In this document: one piece after another, positions 24,701-35,355 of the stretch
How the letters are laid out: every line of letters begins with the position of its first letter
How positions within the stretch are numbered: the stretch's first letter is position 1
Source of the DNA: Rhizaria sp. SCN 62-66
Taxonomy: Eukaryota
NCBI GenBank assembly: GCA_001724265.1
Contig: MEDY01000371.1
Location: 1 to 48,181 of the forward strand
Reading direction: 5' to 3'
Length of the DNA stretch: 48,181 nucleotides
The notes under the pieces: model-generated
Databases searched by the model: none
What the model was told of the DNA's origin: nothing
The model's input: the letters and a program-made list of their open reading frames with translations, nothing else
Made by a program: the position numbers and the translations under genes

Positions 24701-26356
24701 GATCGTGCCACTCTCCCAGTACAGCTGCGACGCGATGTGCACCTCGCTGCTCCTGCCAGCAGTAGCGCTTGGACTTGGACTGACACTGGCGCTGCTAGAG
24801 CTTGCGGCGGCGTTGAGGGCAGCGTCGTCCTCCGTGCTGCCGAGCTTCAGCGCGGCTCCCGCAAGCATGAACACCTCGGCCAGCGCCGCGGTGCCGGCCA
24901 CGGTGGCGCCGGTGCGAAGCACCAGCGAGCCCGTTGGGCTGGCCACCGAGTTGACGGTTCCAAAAAACTCGACGCGCCCGCTCTCGGCATAGACTGCGGC
25001 GCCGTTAGGCACGGTCAGCGCGGAGGTCGAGGAGAAGACTGTGACCGTGGACGGTGACTTGGCGGCGGTGGTGGCGCCAACAGCGGTTGCTGTGGGCCCC
25101 GGAGGCGTGACAAGAGCAGGCAAAGCAGGAACTGCAGTGCCAGTACTCGTGGTACTGGTACTTGTGATGGTATTCGTGCCAGTACTCGTGCCGCTGCTCG
25201 TGCTGCTGCTGGTCATGGCAGTGTTCGCGTTGGGGGTTGCGAGGACAAGCTGTGCGTTGTTGCTCAGGGTGACGGTGCCGTCAGCAGTCAGGGGCGCCGT
25301 GAGTCGGAAGAACGCGGTGCGATCGGCGGCCGCGAGGAAGTTAAGCCGCCCCGACATAGCGAGGTCTAAGGGGGCCGACAGTGTCAGGGTGACCGTATTG
25401 GTTCCGGCGCTTGGAGAGCGCAGAGACGCGTCACACGTCATCGTTCCCAACACTTCAACCTTGGTCGTCGTGTCAGCGGGTAAGGGAGTACTCACAGCGA
25501 GCTTGTTGATGCCAGCACCCCCGTTGGTGACCGTGAGCAAGCCCGCGCTCTGCACCAGGAGGTGTGAATAAGACAGATCTAAGGGGTTGGACGACGTGAC
25601 CGTGAACACACCGGCGATGTTCGCGCGCACACGAGTGAAGCTCACATTGCTGCTGGCGGCGGCGCTGGCTGTGTTGCCGTTGCTGTTGGTGCCAGTACCG
25701 GTGACCGTGACGATACCGCCGACGGGCACCGAGAGAATCATGGTTGGCTCATTGTCGCTGCTGCTGACGCCAACGCTGCCGCCACTGACGAGCGTCGGCG
25801 TCAGCACAGCAGTGCCAACAGCAGCGCCGACGCCGGCGCTGCTTGCGGCAGTACTAGTGCCGAGAGTTGGCGGCAGCGAGACGGAGAGGGGCTCGGCGCC
25901 CTTGATTTGACTGGCGAGCAGACTGAGTCGGCCGGCCACAGTGACCGTGGGATAAACCTTGCTGGGCGTGGGGGTGGTGGTGCTTGCGGTGAGCGTTGGC
26001 TGCGTGCTCGTGAGCAGCTGGGCGTTGAGCAGAGTCAAACTTGAAGTCGGCTCGACGCTGACTCCAGTGGCGAAGTTGAGACTTGATTCGACAACGAAAC
26101 TCGCACCGTCATACACGCGGAACGACCCAACGCTAATGGGGGTGTTTAAGTCGACTTGTGTAGTAGACCCACCGATGTTGACATGATCGTTGGGACCGGG
26201 GACGGCGTTGGCGTCCCAGTTGCCCGCGTCAGTGAAGGCTGTGGTCCCGGCGGCGCCGTTCCAGGTCACGACGGCCGCGGAGGCAAACGCAACGCAGGCG
26301 CAGAAAAGCGCGCAGACGCCGGGCAACAGGCGTGGGGGGCGCGGATAAAGGCGCAT
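21778..26356 (-). CDS. Type I membrane/surface protein, ~1462 aa, Ser/Thr/Ala/Gly/Val-rich probable beta-helical ectodomain; exons 26356-23266, 23075-21778
   Basis: Signal peptide followed by VTWNGAAGTTAFTDAGNWDANAVPGPNDHVNI, a WxG...NW...VP...DxVxI start seen in autotransporter-passenger/G8-like proteins. One TM (LAWGLFG...ALLV) followed by QRKK. Phase-1 GTAAGT...CAG intron. Confidence 0.8.
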
Positions 26357-27110
26357 CAAGTTGAGTAAGCGAGACACGCTTCGGGAAAGACAACAAGGGC
26401 GACGATCGGGTGTGAGGCAGTGGAGACAACAAAGCTAGGAAAGTGCTGTCGTCAACACAAAAGGAAAGTTCTTTCTTTGTACAGTATTTTGAATGCTCAA
26501 TCCACTTTAAGTTGTTTATATTTGAGCTATTTTGTTGGCAGTCCTATTGTCGATGTATTTGCGGCGTGAGACATAATGGCAAAAGTCGGCGTCAAGCAGG
26601 TTCTATTTGTTGTTGTTCTCCGTTCGCTTAGTCCTTCGCTGCTTTGTTGCTCCAACAGCCCCTCACAGTCGATGCGCATTTCGCCTTCTTTGAGATGGCA
26701 TTGCCTCAACTCTTTGCTGAAGCTTAGTTTTGACTCTTACTGGTTTCTTTTGCGTGAATGTCTGTTTCTTTAAGTCACGATGTCAACTTAAAGCAAAATG
26801 TATCCTTTACCTTCAAGTCGTTCATCGCGTGCAGTCGGATCTTGCGCAGGATGTGTCATTCACAGATTGACATAAACTCAAGCATTTCATGCACGCATTG
26901 ATTTGCTTTAATATCAAGCATCTTGTATTTGTGCTAAAGCTGAAAAGCATATAGAAACAGCAGCACACGTAGTTACAAAACTTCGCTATGACTCAGGTGA
27001 TCTTCGAAAGTACTGAATAAAAACAAAACCTTCACACAATGGCAATTTCACCGACTCACACAGTCGCACACGAGCGTTAGCAGCTCTAATACCGCTACAG
27101 CCACCAATTT

Positions 27111-27549
27111 TCACTGCTGCTGCGCCTTGAGCTGGTTCAGGATGGCGACGAGGTGCTCCGACTTCTCGACGGTGCCCGTGTACATCGCGCAGAACGCGGG
27201 CGTCCGGCTCACGCTGACGCCCGCCACGGCCCGGAGGCGGAAGAACATCGTGACGAAGCAGCGCAGCATCTCGGCCGACGCGGCGGCCTCCCGCTGGGCC
27301 TCACCGTCCACGGTCGACGTCACCGTCGCCGCGGCCGCAGCCTTGCGTTCGGCGGCGACGATCTTGTAGTGGGCCGTGACCGTGGGCAGCGCGAGCGCGG
27401 GGACTGTGTCGGCGCGCCGCAGCAGCGCTTCGGTCACCACGGCCGCGGCGGTTGCGGCGGCGCCGGCGCCGACCGCAGTGCCCACAGTCGCTCCCACCGC
27501 GGCCACACCGCTACCACTGCCGCTGCCACTGCCGCTGCTGCTGCTGCTG

Positions 27550-27582
<33 letters not shown>

Positions 27583-29717
27583 CCGTTGGTGGCGGTGAGT
27601 GCGAGAGAGGTGACGAAGTCCGCGGTGCTGGTAATGATGGCGACGGAGTGCTTGGGGGAGTAATCCTTCAGTCCCTGCAGCACCAGCGACAGCGCCGCGT
27701 CCGTGTCGGCCTCGGCGAGCCACCGCTCGTGCCGCACCTCCAGCGCCAGCAGCGCGGCGCTGCCGCTGCCGCCACTGGGCTTGCTGACGACGAGCGCGGT
27801 GTTGTTGTAGCAGAGCGCGAGGAGCGTGTGGGCGAGCTTGTGCCCGAGCCAGCGCAACTCGAGCGCATCGTCGAAGTAGCACAGCGTGCCGCCAAGGTGG
27901 AACGTCTCGAGGAAGTTAAGCCGCACCTGGCACTCGACGGCGGCGTCGGTGAGCACGGCCTGCCACTCGCGGTCGGTCAGCAGCAGCAGCCCCCACGCGT
28001 CACCATTCACAACAAAGCCGCCGCCGGTCGCGGCGTCGCCGGAGCCGGACGCGCCGGAGCCGGAACTGGAGCTGACGACGCCGGCGCCGCTCGCAGCGGC
28101 GGCGGCGGCGCTGCCAGGGCCGCCCGCGCTCGCAACGGCCGCTGTGCCGGTGGCGGCGTGCGTGGCGCTGCTGGTGGCGGTGAAGAGCGTGCGCAAGGTG
28201 CTATAGTGGGGGTGTTGGGAGTCGCTGAGTTGGGCGGCGGCGGCGGCGGCGGCCGACTTGGCGCTGCCGGCCAGGGACGTCAGCACGGCGGCCTTAGCGG
28301 CGGCGGAGAGCGGCGCCCTGAACAGCTGCAGCAGCACCGCCAGGACGGCCTCCTTAACCAGGATGGCGCCGCGGGTAACGCCGGAGCCCGTGGCGGCCGT
28401 GGAGAGCGAAAGCAGCGGCAGGCACGCGCGCAGAGCGTTGCTCAGAGCCACCACGTTGCTGCCGTAGCCACTACTACTGCTGCTGCTGTTGCTGAGAATG
28501 GCGTCGATGTCGGCGACGGTGAGCTTGAGAGCCGTGGCGGCCAGCACCTTCTGATCGTCGCTCTCGGTCACGACGCTCGCCCCCGCCCCCTCACTACGAG
28601 CGCCGGCGCCGGCACTGGCGAGCGTGCGGCTGAGGGCAGCGAGGCCGTGGCCAGGGAAAGTGACCGTGAACACCGCCAGCACGCGGGCTGCGGCGGAGAC
28701 GACGACCTTGACGCGCTCCTTGACCGTCGCACTGACGCCCGAGGCGGAGTGTGCGTCAGTCATCGCGGTAGCGTTGCTGCCGCCGCCGCTGTTGTTGTTG
28801 TTGTTGTTGCTGCTGTTGCTGCGGGTAAGGCTCGACAGGGGAGCGAGCGACAAGCATGCGTTCACAATATCAGCGAAGCCGCTCGCGTCAACACTGTCGA
28901 GAGGGTGAGTACTGCTGCTGAGAGTGAGAGCGGAGCGGAGGCTGCGGAGAGTGAAGAGCAGCTCCGCAGTCGCGGCCGCAGTCACGTCCTTCTCGTGCTT
29001 GGCGCTCGAGCCCAGCGCTGCCGCGGCGGCGGTGGCGGCGGCGGTGACGGCGGCGGCCACAGCGGTGCCCGCGGCGGCCGTGATGGCGCCGATGCCGGTG
29101 GCTGCGGCCGCGAGCAGCAGCTCCAGACTCGAGGCAACGGCGGCGGGGAAGAAGGCGGAGGCAGAGGCGGACGCGGCGGCCACGGCAGCGGTGGCGGTGA
29201 CGACGGAGCCCATACATGCGTCCAGAGTGCTGCCGCCGCCGCTACTGCCCTCGCAAGGCTTCGCCACAGGCTTGGCACCACTGCTCGCACTCCCATTGGC
29301 GCAGCCGCTAGCGTTGGTAGCGGTGAGAGCCGAGAGGAGACGGAAAAGCGTGAAAGCAGCGCTCAGCACGCTGGCGAGCTCGGCGCCGCCGGCACCGCTG
29401 CCGCTGCCAGCAGCAGCCGCCGCCGCCGCCACGGCCGGAGGCAGCAGCGAGGCGAGCGTGGCCCCCGGGAGGACCTTGACGCCCGCGTTGGCGCCGAGAC
29501 TAGCGCCCGCGACAGTGAGCAGCACCGAGCTCGTCTCGGAGACGCTGTCACCGCAGGCGGCGCTGCGGCGCAGGAACTCGGCGGCGTCTTGCAGAAGCGC
29601 GGCCAGCAGGTCCGCCACTGCCACCCCAGCCTCGGCCGCAGCGGCGTCGGCGGGGACGGCGGAGACAGCGAGTGTGATAAGTGCGTTGCTGCGGGCGAGC
29701 GCCGCGCACTGCAACAT

Positions 29718-29751
<34 letters not shown>

Positions 29752-32700
29752 CAAAGGTAGTCGCCGTCCACGTCAACGCCCGCAGCAACGGCGCCAGCAC
29801 TGCCGCCCGCGCTGGCGCTGGGACTAGCAGTGGCTGCGCCAGCGCTTGCATCAGCGGCGGCGGGGGCGGTGACGGCGGCGGCGGCGGTTTTGGCGAGCGC
29901 GAGCGCCTGCGCCGCGACAGCCTGCTTGACGGAGCCCATGGCGGTGACCGTGCGCAGTGCCAGCGCGAGCACGGCGGCCATCTCGCGCATCACGCGCGGC
30001 TCGGCCCGGGGCGCGGCGACGGCGGCGACGGCGACGGCGACGGCCTGGGGCAGCCACTCGAGGGTGGCTGTGGCGACTGCGGCGGCGGGCGTGGCCGGGC
30101 TAGCAAGCAGCGTGGCGAGCAGCGACAGCGTCAGGGGCGTGGCCGCGGTCGGCGAGTGTTGCTGCGACAGATCCAGGTCGCCCGCGACGGCCGTGAGGCG
30201 GTCGCGCGCCAGGTGCAGCAGCGACGTGGCGGTCTCGCCGGAGAGGGCGGGGCAGGCGTCGGTGCGGGCGCTGGCCAGGGTGGGGAGGACCAGGAAGTGC
30301 AGCACCGAGAGGGCGTACGCACTCGCGCTGAAGAAAGAGACAGAGAGAGAATGGGTCATAGAAGTACAAAGTGGTTCGTAGTCAAGGTGTGAGTCAGAGT
30401 CTGAGTATGTTAATGAGACCATAAAGCATGAAGATAGTACAAAAGCAATACAATCTTTTAGAATATAACACACAAATAATAAACTAAGATAGATTATACT
30501 TTATGAAGTATATTTCCAAAAAGGGAGCGATATGCTGAGAATATCTTGCGTACCGAGCGACGAGGGGCTGGCGCGAGCCCGCGACAGCCATGAGGTGCGC
30601 CAAGAAGGGCTTGGCCACCGCCGCCGCGGCCTCGGCCGTGGCCGCCGCGGGCGCAGCCGCGGGCCCGGCGCCGGAGGCCGTGCCTTGCGGCAGCGCAAGC
30701 GCGGCGCGGAGCACGGCGGGGCCGCACCGGTGGGCGAGCGCGGCGGCACATTGGAGCGCGGGCGCGCGCAGGGGGTTGCTCTGCGCCGCGCGCAGCGCCG
30801 CCACCACAGACAGCACGCCCGCCTCGTGTACCGCGCTGCTCACCGAGCAAGCGCCGGCGGTGTGAGCGCCCGCAGCGTAGACGTGCGCGTGCGTGAGCGC
30901 GGCGGCGGCGCAGGCGAGGGCGGCGCGCACGGTGTCGGGGGCGCGCAGAGTGACGGCGCCGGTGACGGCGTAGGTGCCCGCGAGCGTGGCCAGCCCTGCG
31001 CTGAGCGCTGCGGCGGCCTCAGCGGCGGCGGCGTCGGCGCCAGCGCTCTTGGTGGCGTAGAGAACGCCCTCGGAGACGAGGGCTGAGAGTGCAAACGCGC
31101 TGCGGGCGATCGCCTCGATACCACTGCCGCTGCCGCTGCTGCTGCTGTTGGCAGGCGTCGCCGTGACGCTGTTGGCAGTGGAGATGATTACAGCCAGTGC
31201 GGCCGCAACGGTCTCCGCGTGCGCGACAGCGACAGCGGCGGCAGCGCTGCGGGCGTTGTTGGCGAACGAGACTGTGGTCAGCAGATTGGCGATCAACGTG
31301 AAGGCCGCGGTCACCACAGCAACGCTGCCCTCGGCGGCGCTGCCGGTGACGGCCGCCGTCGCCGCGGCGGTGGCAGCGGACTTGGCGGCTGCGGTGGCCA
31401 AAGCAAGCACTCGGCTGGTCACGGCGGCGGCGTCCGCGGCGGCGCCAGCGGCGGCGTCCGCGGCGGCGGCAGCGGCAGCGACCGCGGCGACGACGGCGAG
31501 CGAGCTGATGGCAATGAGGATGGCCTCGTTGGCGCCAGCGCCGGCGCCAGCGGCCGTGGTCGCGATGATGCGCTCCAGAGAAGGCAACAGAGTGGCCGTG
31601 AGCAGGGGCAGGGCCGCGGCGGCCGCGGCGGCGGCGGCGGCCGAGGCGGAGAGGGAGGCAGTGACGGCGCTGAGCAGGGCCAGGTCGGACTGCGGTTGTG
31701 ACTGGGAGTGCGAGTCTGCGCCGCCGTGGGGAGCGGAGACCGACCGCACCAGCAGCGACGGCATCAGGCCACCGCCGTTGGTGTTGCTGTGCGCGCTGAG
31801 GGCGTTGCCGACGGTGGTGTAGAACGAGGGCAGCGAGACCAACGGGCGGTGTGCGGCCAAGGGGAGGATGCTGCCGCTGGGGTGCAAGTGCTGCTCCGAA
31901 GTCAAGCCGCCCGCGCCCGTGGCCACGCCGCTAACGCCGGCCCCGACAGCACCCGCGTTGCTCGAGACAGCGGCGGCAGCGGCGGCGGCGGCGTTCGCGG
32001 AGGAGGAGGCGTTGACGCCCGCAGCGGCGTTAGCGGCCGTGGCGGCCGCTGCCACGGCAGCGGCGAGCGCGAGCGTGCGTGAGCTGCTCTCCTCCCACGG
32101 CCCCGCGGTGACGACCGTGCTCTCTCTCGCGCTACGGGAGCACGATGCCAACGTGCTCGCGGCGACGGCGGCGGGAGCGATGGCGCCCGCGGCGGCGGCG
32201 GTGTAAAGCGCGGCCGTAAGCGCCGCGGCGGCGACGGCGGCGAGCACGTTGGCATCGTGCTCCCGTAGCGCGAGAGAGAGCACGGTCGTCACCGCGGGGC
32301 CGTGGGAGGAGAGCAGCTCACGCACGCTCGCGCTCGCCGGACCGTGGTCAGGAGGCGGGCGGCGGAGGCGCGGACCATCCACGAAAGGTCGATATCAGCG
32401 CCTAAAATCGCGGGGAAAAATCATGGCGAAAAAACAGAAGTACAGAAATGATGAGTAGAGGACATTGATGTTTGAGGATATGAGTAAAAAAAAATGAAGT
32501 ATACAGAGAAAAATTACACTTTTCATACGAATATATACAATTTAATCCGTTTAACAAAATTGTACGCTCTTAATACTGTTTTCTAAAAAGCATGCACGCA
32601 AGACGTACCCGAGTAGGAGCCGGGGACGACGCCGACGCTGGCGCCGGCCGGACTGGCGGTCGCAGGGACAAACGCACTGGGAGCCGCGACGCTGACACTG

Positions 32701-34598
32701 GGGCTAACCTCGGTCATCGCAATCGGCGCAGAGACGGCGGCGGCGGTGTCGAAGTCACTGGTACCCGCGGCGGTGGCGTAGCCCGAGCCGCCGTCGTCGT
32801 TGTCGTTGTAGACGCTGTAGTCGAAGCCGCCACCCCAGTCGTTGGCGTCAACGTCGGCCAGAAAGGCGGCCTCCTCGTCGGTTAGCCGCGCCGCCGTCGC
32901 CGCCGCCGCTGTCGCAGCAGGCGCGGTGCCGTGTCCGTCGCTGTCGGTCATCGCGTTGCAGGCGCCGCCGCCGCCGCCGGACTGTGAGTCAGTAGGATAT
33001 GAGAACAAGGGGTCAACCAGCAGCATGGGCAGGGCGGTGTCGACGATCTTGCTCACCAGGTCGCCCTCGTTGTCGTGGCCCATCGCGAAATCCGCATCCG
33101 CACACGCACTGAGGCTAGCGTTGCCGCTGTTGCTGTTGTTGTTGGGATTGGTCGTGATTGCAAGCAGTGCGGCGAGAGCGTCTAGCGCGTGGCAGTAGCC
33201 CATCCACTCACTCTCGCCCTTCTCGACGCCGGCGGGGGCCGCGGCGGCCGCGGCGGCAGTGGCGGCCGCGCGCGCCGCCGCCGCCACCGCCACAACTTCA
33301 TCACCATCACCGCCCGCGCCGGCGGCGGCCTTGGCTACAGAGAGCGTGGCGGCGGAGAACGAGGGGGCCTGCGGCAGCTGCGACAGCAGGGCCGAGACAA
33401 GCTGCGGCACAAACGCGGCCAGCTGCACTTGCGATTGCGCCAGCGACTGTGACTGGGCGGCGGCAGCAATGGCGACGACTGCAGCCGTGGCAGCGGCCAC
33501 CTCGTGTCCACAGCGCGCAGTCCCAGCAGCGGCGCCGCTGCGGGCGCCGGCCTTGCTGTGGAGCTTGGTGCAGAGCGCGCCGACGAGCGCCGAGAGCGAC
33601 TGGGAGGCCAGCAGGGGGGACAAGGCGCCCAGGGAGGCGGCGGCGGCGGCTCGGACCGCGTCTTCGGGCGACTGCAGGTAGAGCAGCAGGTCGTCGCTGG
33701 CGCGGGCCAGCAGCGGCTGCGAGACGGGGGACGCAACGAGGCTGGCGCCGAAGCGGGTGAAGATGAGCGTGAGCAGGGACAGAGACGCGAGCTTGACGTC
33801 CTGGTAGAGGTCGAGGTCGCCGCTGGCGCCGGCGCTGAGGGGGCTCTTGTGCCCGCCGCCGATGTTCTTGCTATCGCCCGCGGGCGAGAGGGAGACGAGC
33901 GTGCGGAGGAGCTTGTCGAGCACGATGTCGGCCACCTCAGCGCCCAAAGCAGCGCCGCTGCCGCTGCCGCTGCCGCCGGATATGACGCGGGCGCCGCCCA
34001 GAGTCAGTGCAGCGATATTTGTTGCAGCCGAAGCAGTGGCAGTCGCAGCCTGAGTGCCAGCGCCCGCAGCCGCAGCGCCGCTACTACTACTGCTGCTGGC
34101 AGTAGCATTGTTGCGAGCCGCGGCGGCGGGAATCGAGAGCAGGATGGTTTGAAGGCTGTGGGTCGAGGGGGCGTGGATCAGCCCGGGGCTCGATGCGTCG
34201 CTGTTCTTGGGCGCAGAAAGGATCTTCGCGGTATCCTCGGGGGTAGTGACAACAGTAAGCAGCGCGCGCACGACGTCCTTGACGATGTCCGCCGGCGCGA
34301 TTGCAAGGAACACGGGGAGTGTCTTGATCGCGATGGCCGAGACGTCGCCTGCGCAGTCCTTGATGGCCGTCAGGAAGAACGTGCTCAGAGTCTGCAGGAA
34401 AGACGGCGGGAATGTGATGTAGCCGTCGGTGATGCAAGCCGAGAGGTCGGCAATAAACATGAAGCGCTCGTCATGGTCGTGGTCGTTGCCCTTGTTGCGG
34501 AGAAGCGTCTCGACGTCCTTGAGATCCTTCATGCGGGCGCGGTGGCCGCTGACAGAGCCTGACGACTGGCTCTCAGCGCCGAAGCGGAAGCTCGACAT
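27111..34598 (-). CDS. CAND1: CAND1/TIP120-like HEAT-repeat protein, very divergent, ~2350 aa; exons 34598-32609, 32401-30554, 30327-27111; 1-nt frameshift near 32340 as assembled
   Basis: Four collinear matches to recalled CAND1 motifs: DHDERFMFIADL ~ DKDFRFMATNDL; DLSWMVRASAARLL ~ DMSWKVRRAAAKCL; REHDANVLAAV ~ EREENVKADV; VRLNFLETFHLGGTLCYFDDALELR ~ [25 protein letters not shown]. Exon sum of 7055 nt is not a multiple of 3. Confidence 0.8.
32061..32339. repeat. Perfect 100-bp inverted repeat (arms 32061-32160 and 32240-32339, 79-bp spacer)
   Basis: Arms compared base by base; no mismatches found. Confidence 0.97.
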
Positions 34599-35355
34599 CT
34601 GTACAGCAGGTCTAAAGATGATATAAGACGAGGCAAATAAAAATTGTTGCATGCAGTAAACATGGGTGAGCGTTTGGGTTCAGTTATAAAGAGATATAAG
34701 TAAGGGAAATCATCGTTGAGTAGGCGCATTGGGATGAACTACAAGCAAACATCTTCAGCGTAATACAAAGCTAGAGCCTGAAGAAGGCAATAAAGAGATT
34801 TACAGTACACTATGCTTTTAAATCCGACATCTGCGTTGCACTCCTATACATTGAGAGAGTGAGCCACAACAAAGCCTGATCTACCCGCTTTGTTTTGATG
34901 AGCGGGATCGTCCAGTCACCACAAACGCAAAATGGAGTGGGCTTGAGCAGAGTCTGCAAGATTTCGCGTTAAAGACGATGTTTATGTTGTATTTATGTTT
35001 ATATTTTATATATTATAGCACTTTCCAAAACGGGAAAGCATCTTAAACCAGACTAATAATACCATATACGCTCAATAATTTACCTAAAAACCTATCCACC
35101 AAGCCTCTAGTCAAAGCAAAGCAGAGCTAATCATTACAAGTCCACTATTTTGTGTTGACTTTAACATTCCTCTGCTGTACTTTCAGCCATTGTGCTTGTC
35201 TCCACCAATGCATACACAAGAAAAGCGCATATGCACCCACAACTTCACTTCAGCAACCTTTCTGAGCTGACAAACGTGCTTTGCTCTGCTCAACAACCAG
35301 GCCTCTGTACGGACGCCCGTAGCAAGGTACTTCATCCCTCACAGCACCCTTACAC

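Noticed and set aside
27153-30392. Very long antisense ORFs (e.g. 27153..30392 +, 9864..11369 +, 11955..13295 +, 43532..44812 -)
   Set aside because: Shadows of GC3-rich codon usage on the true coding strand; no independent motifs or splice signals.
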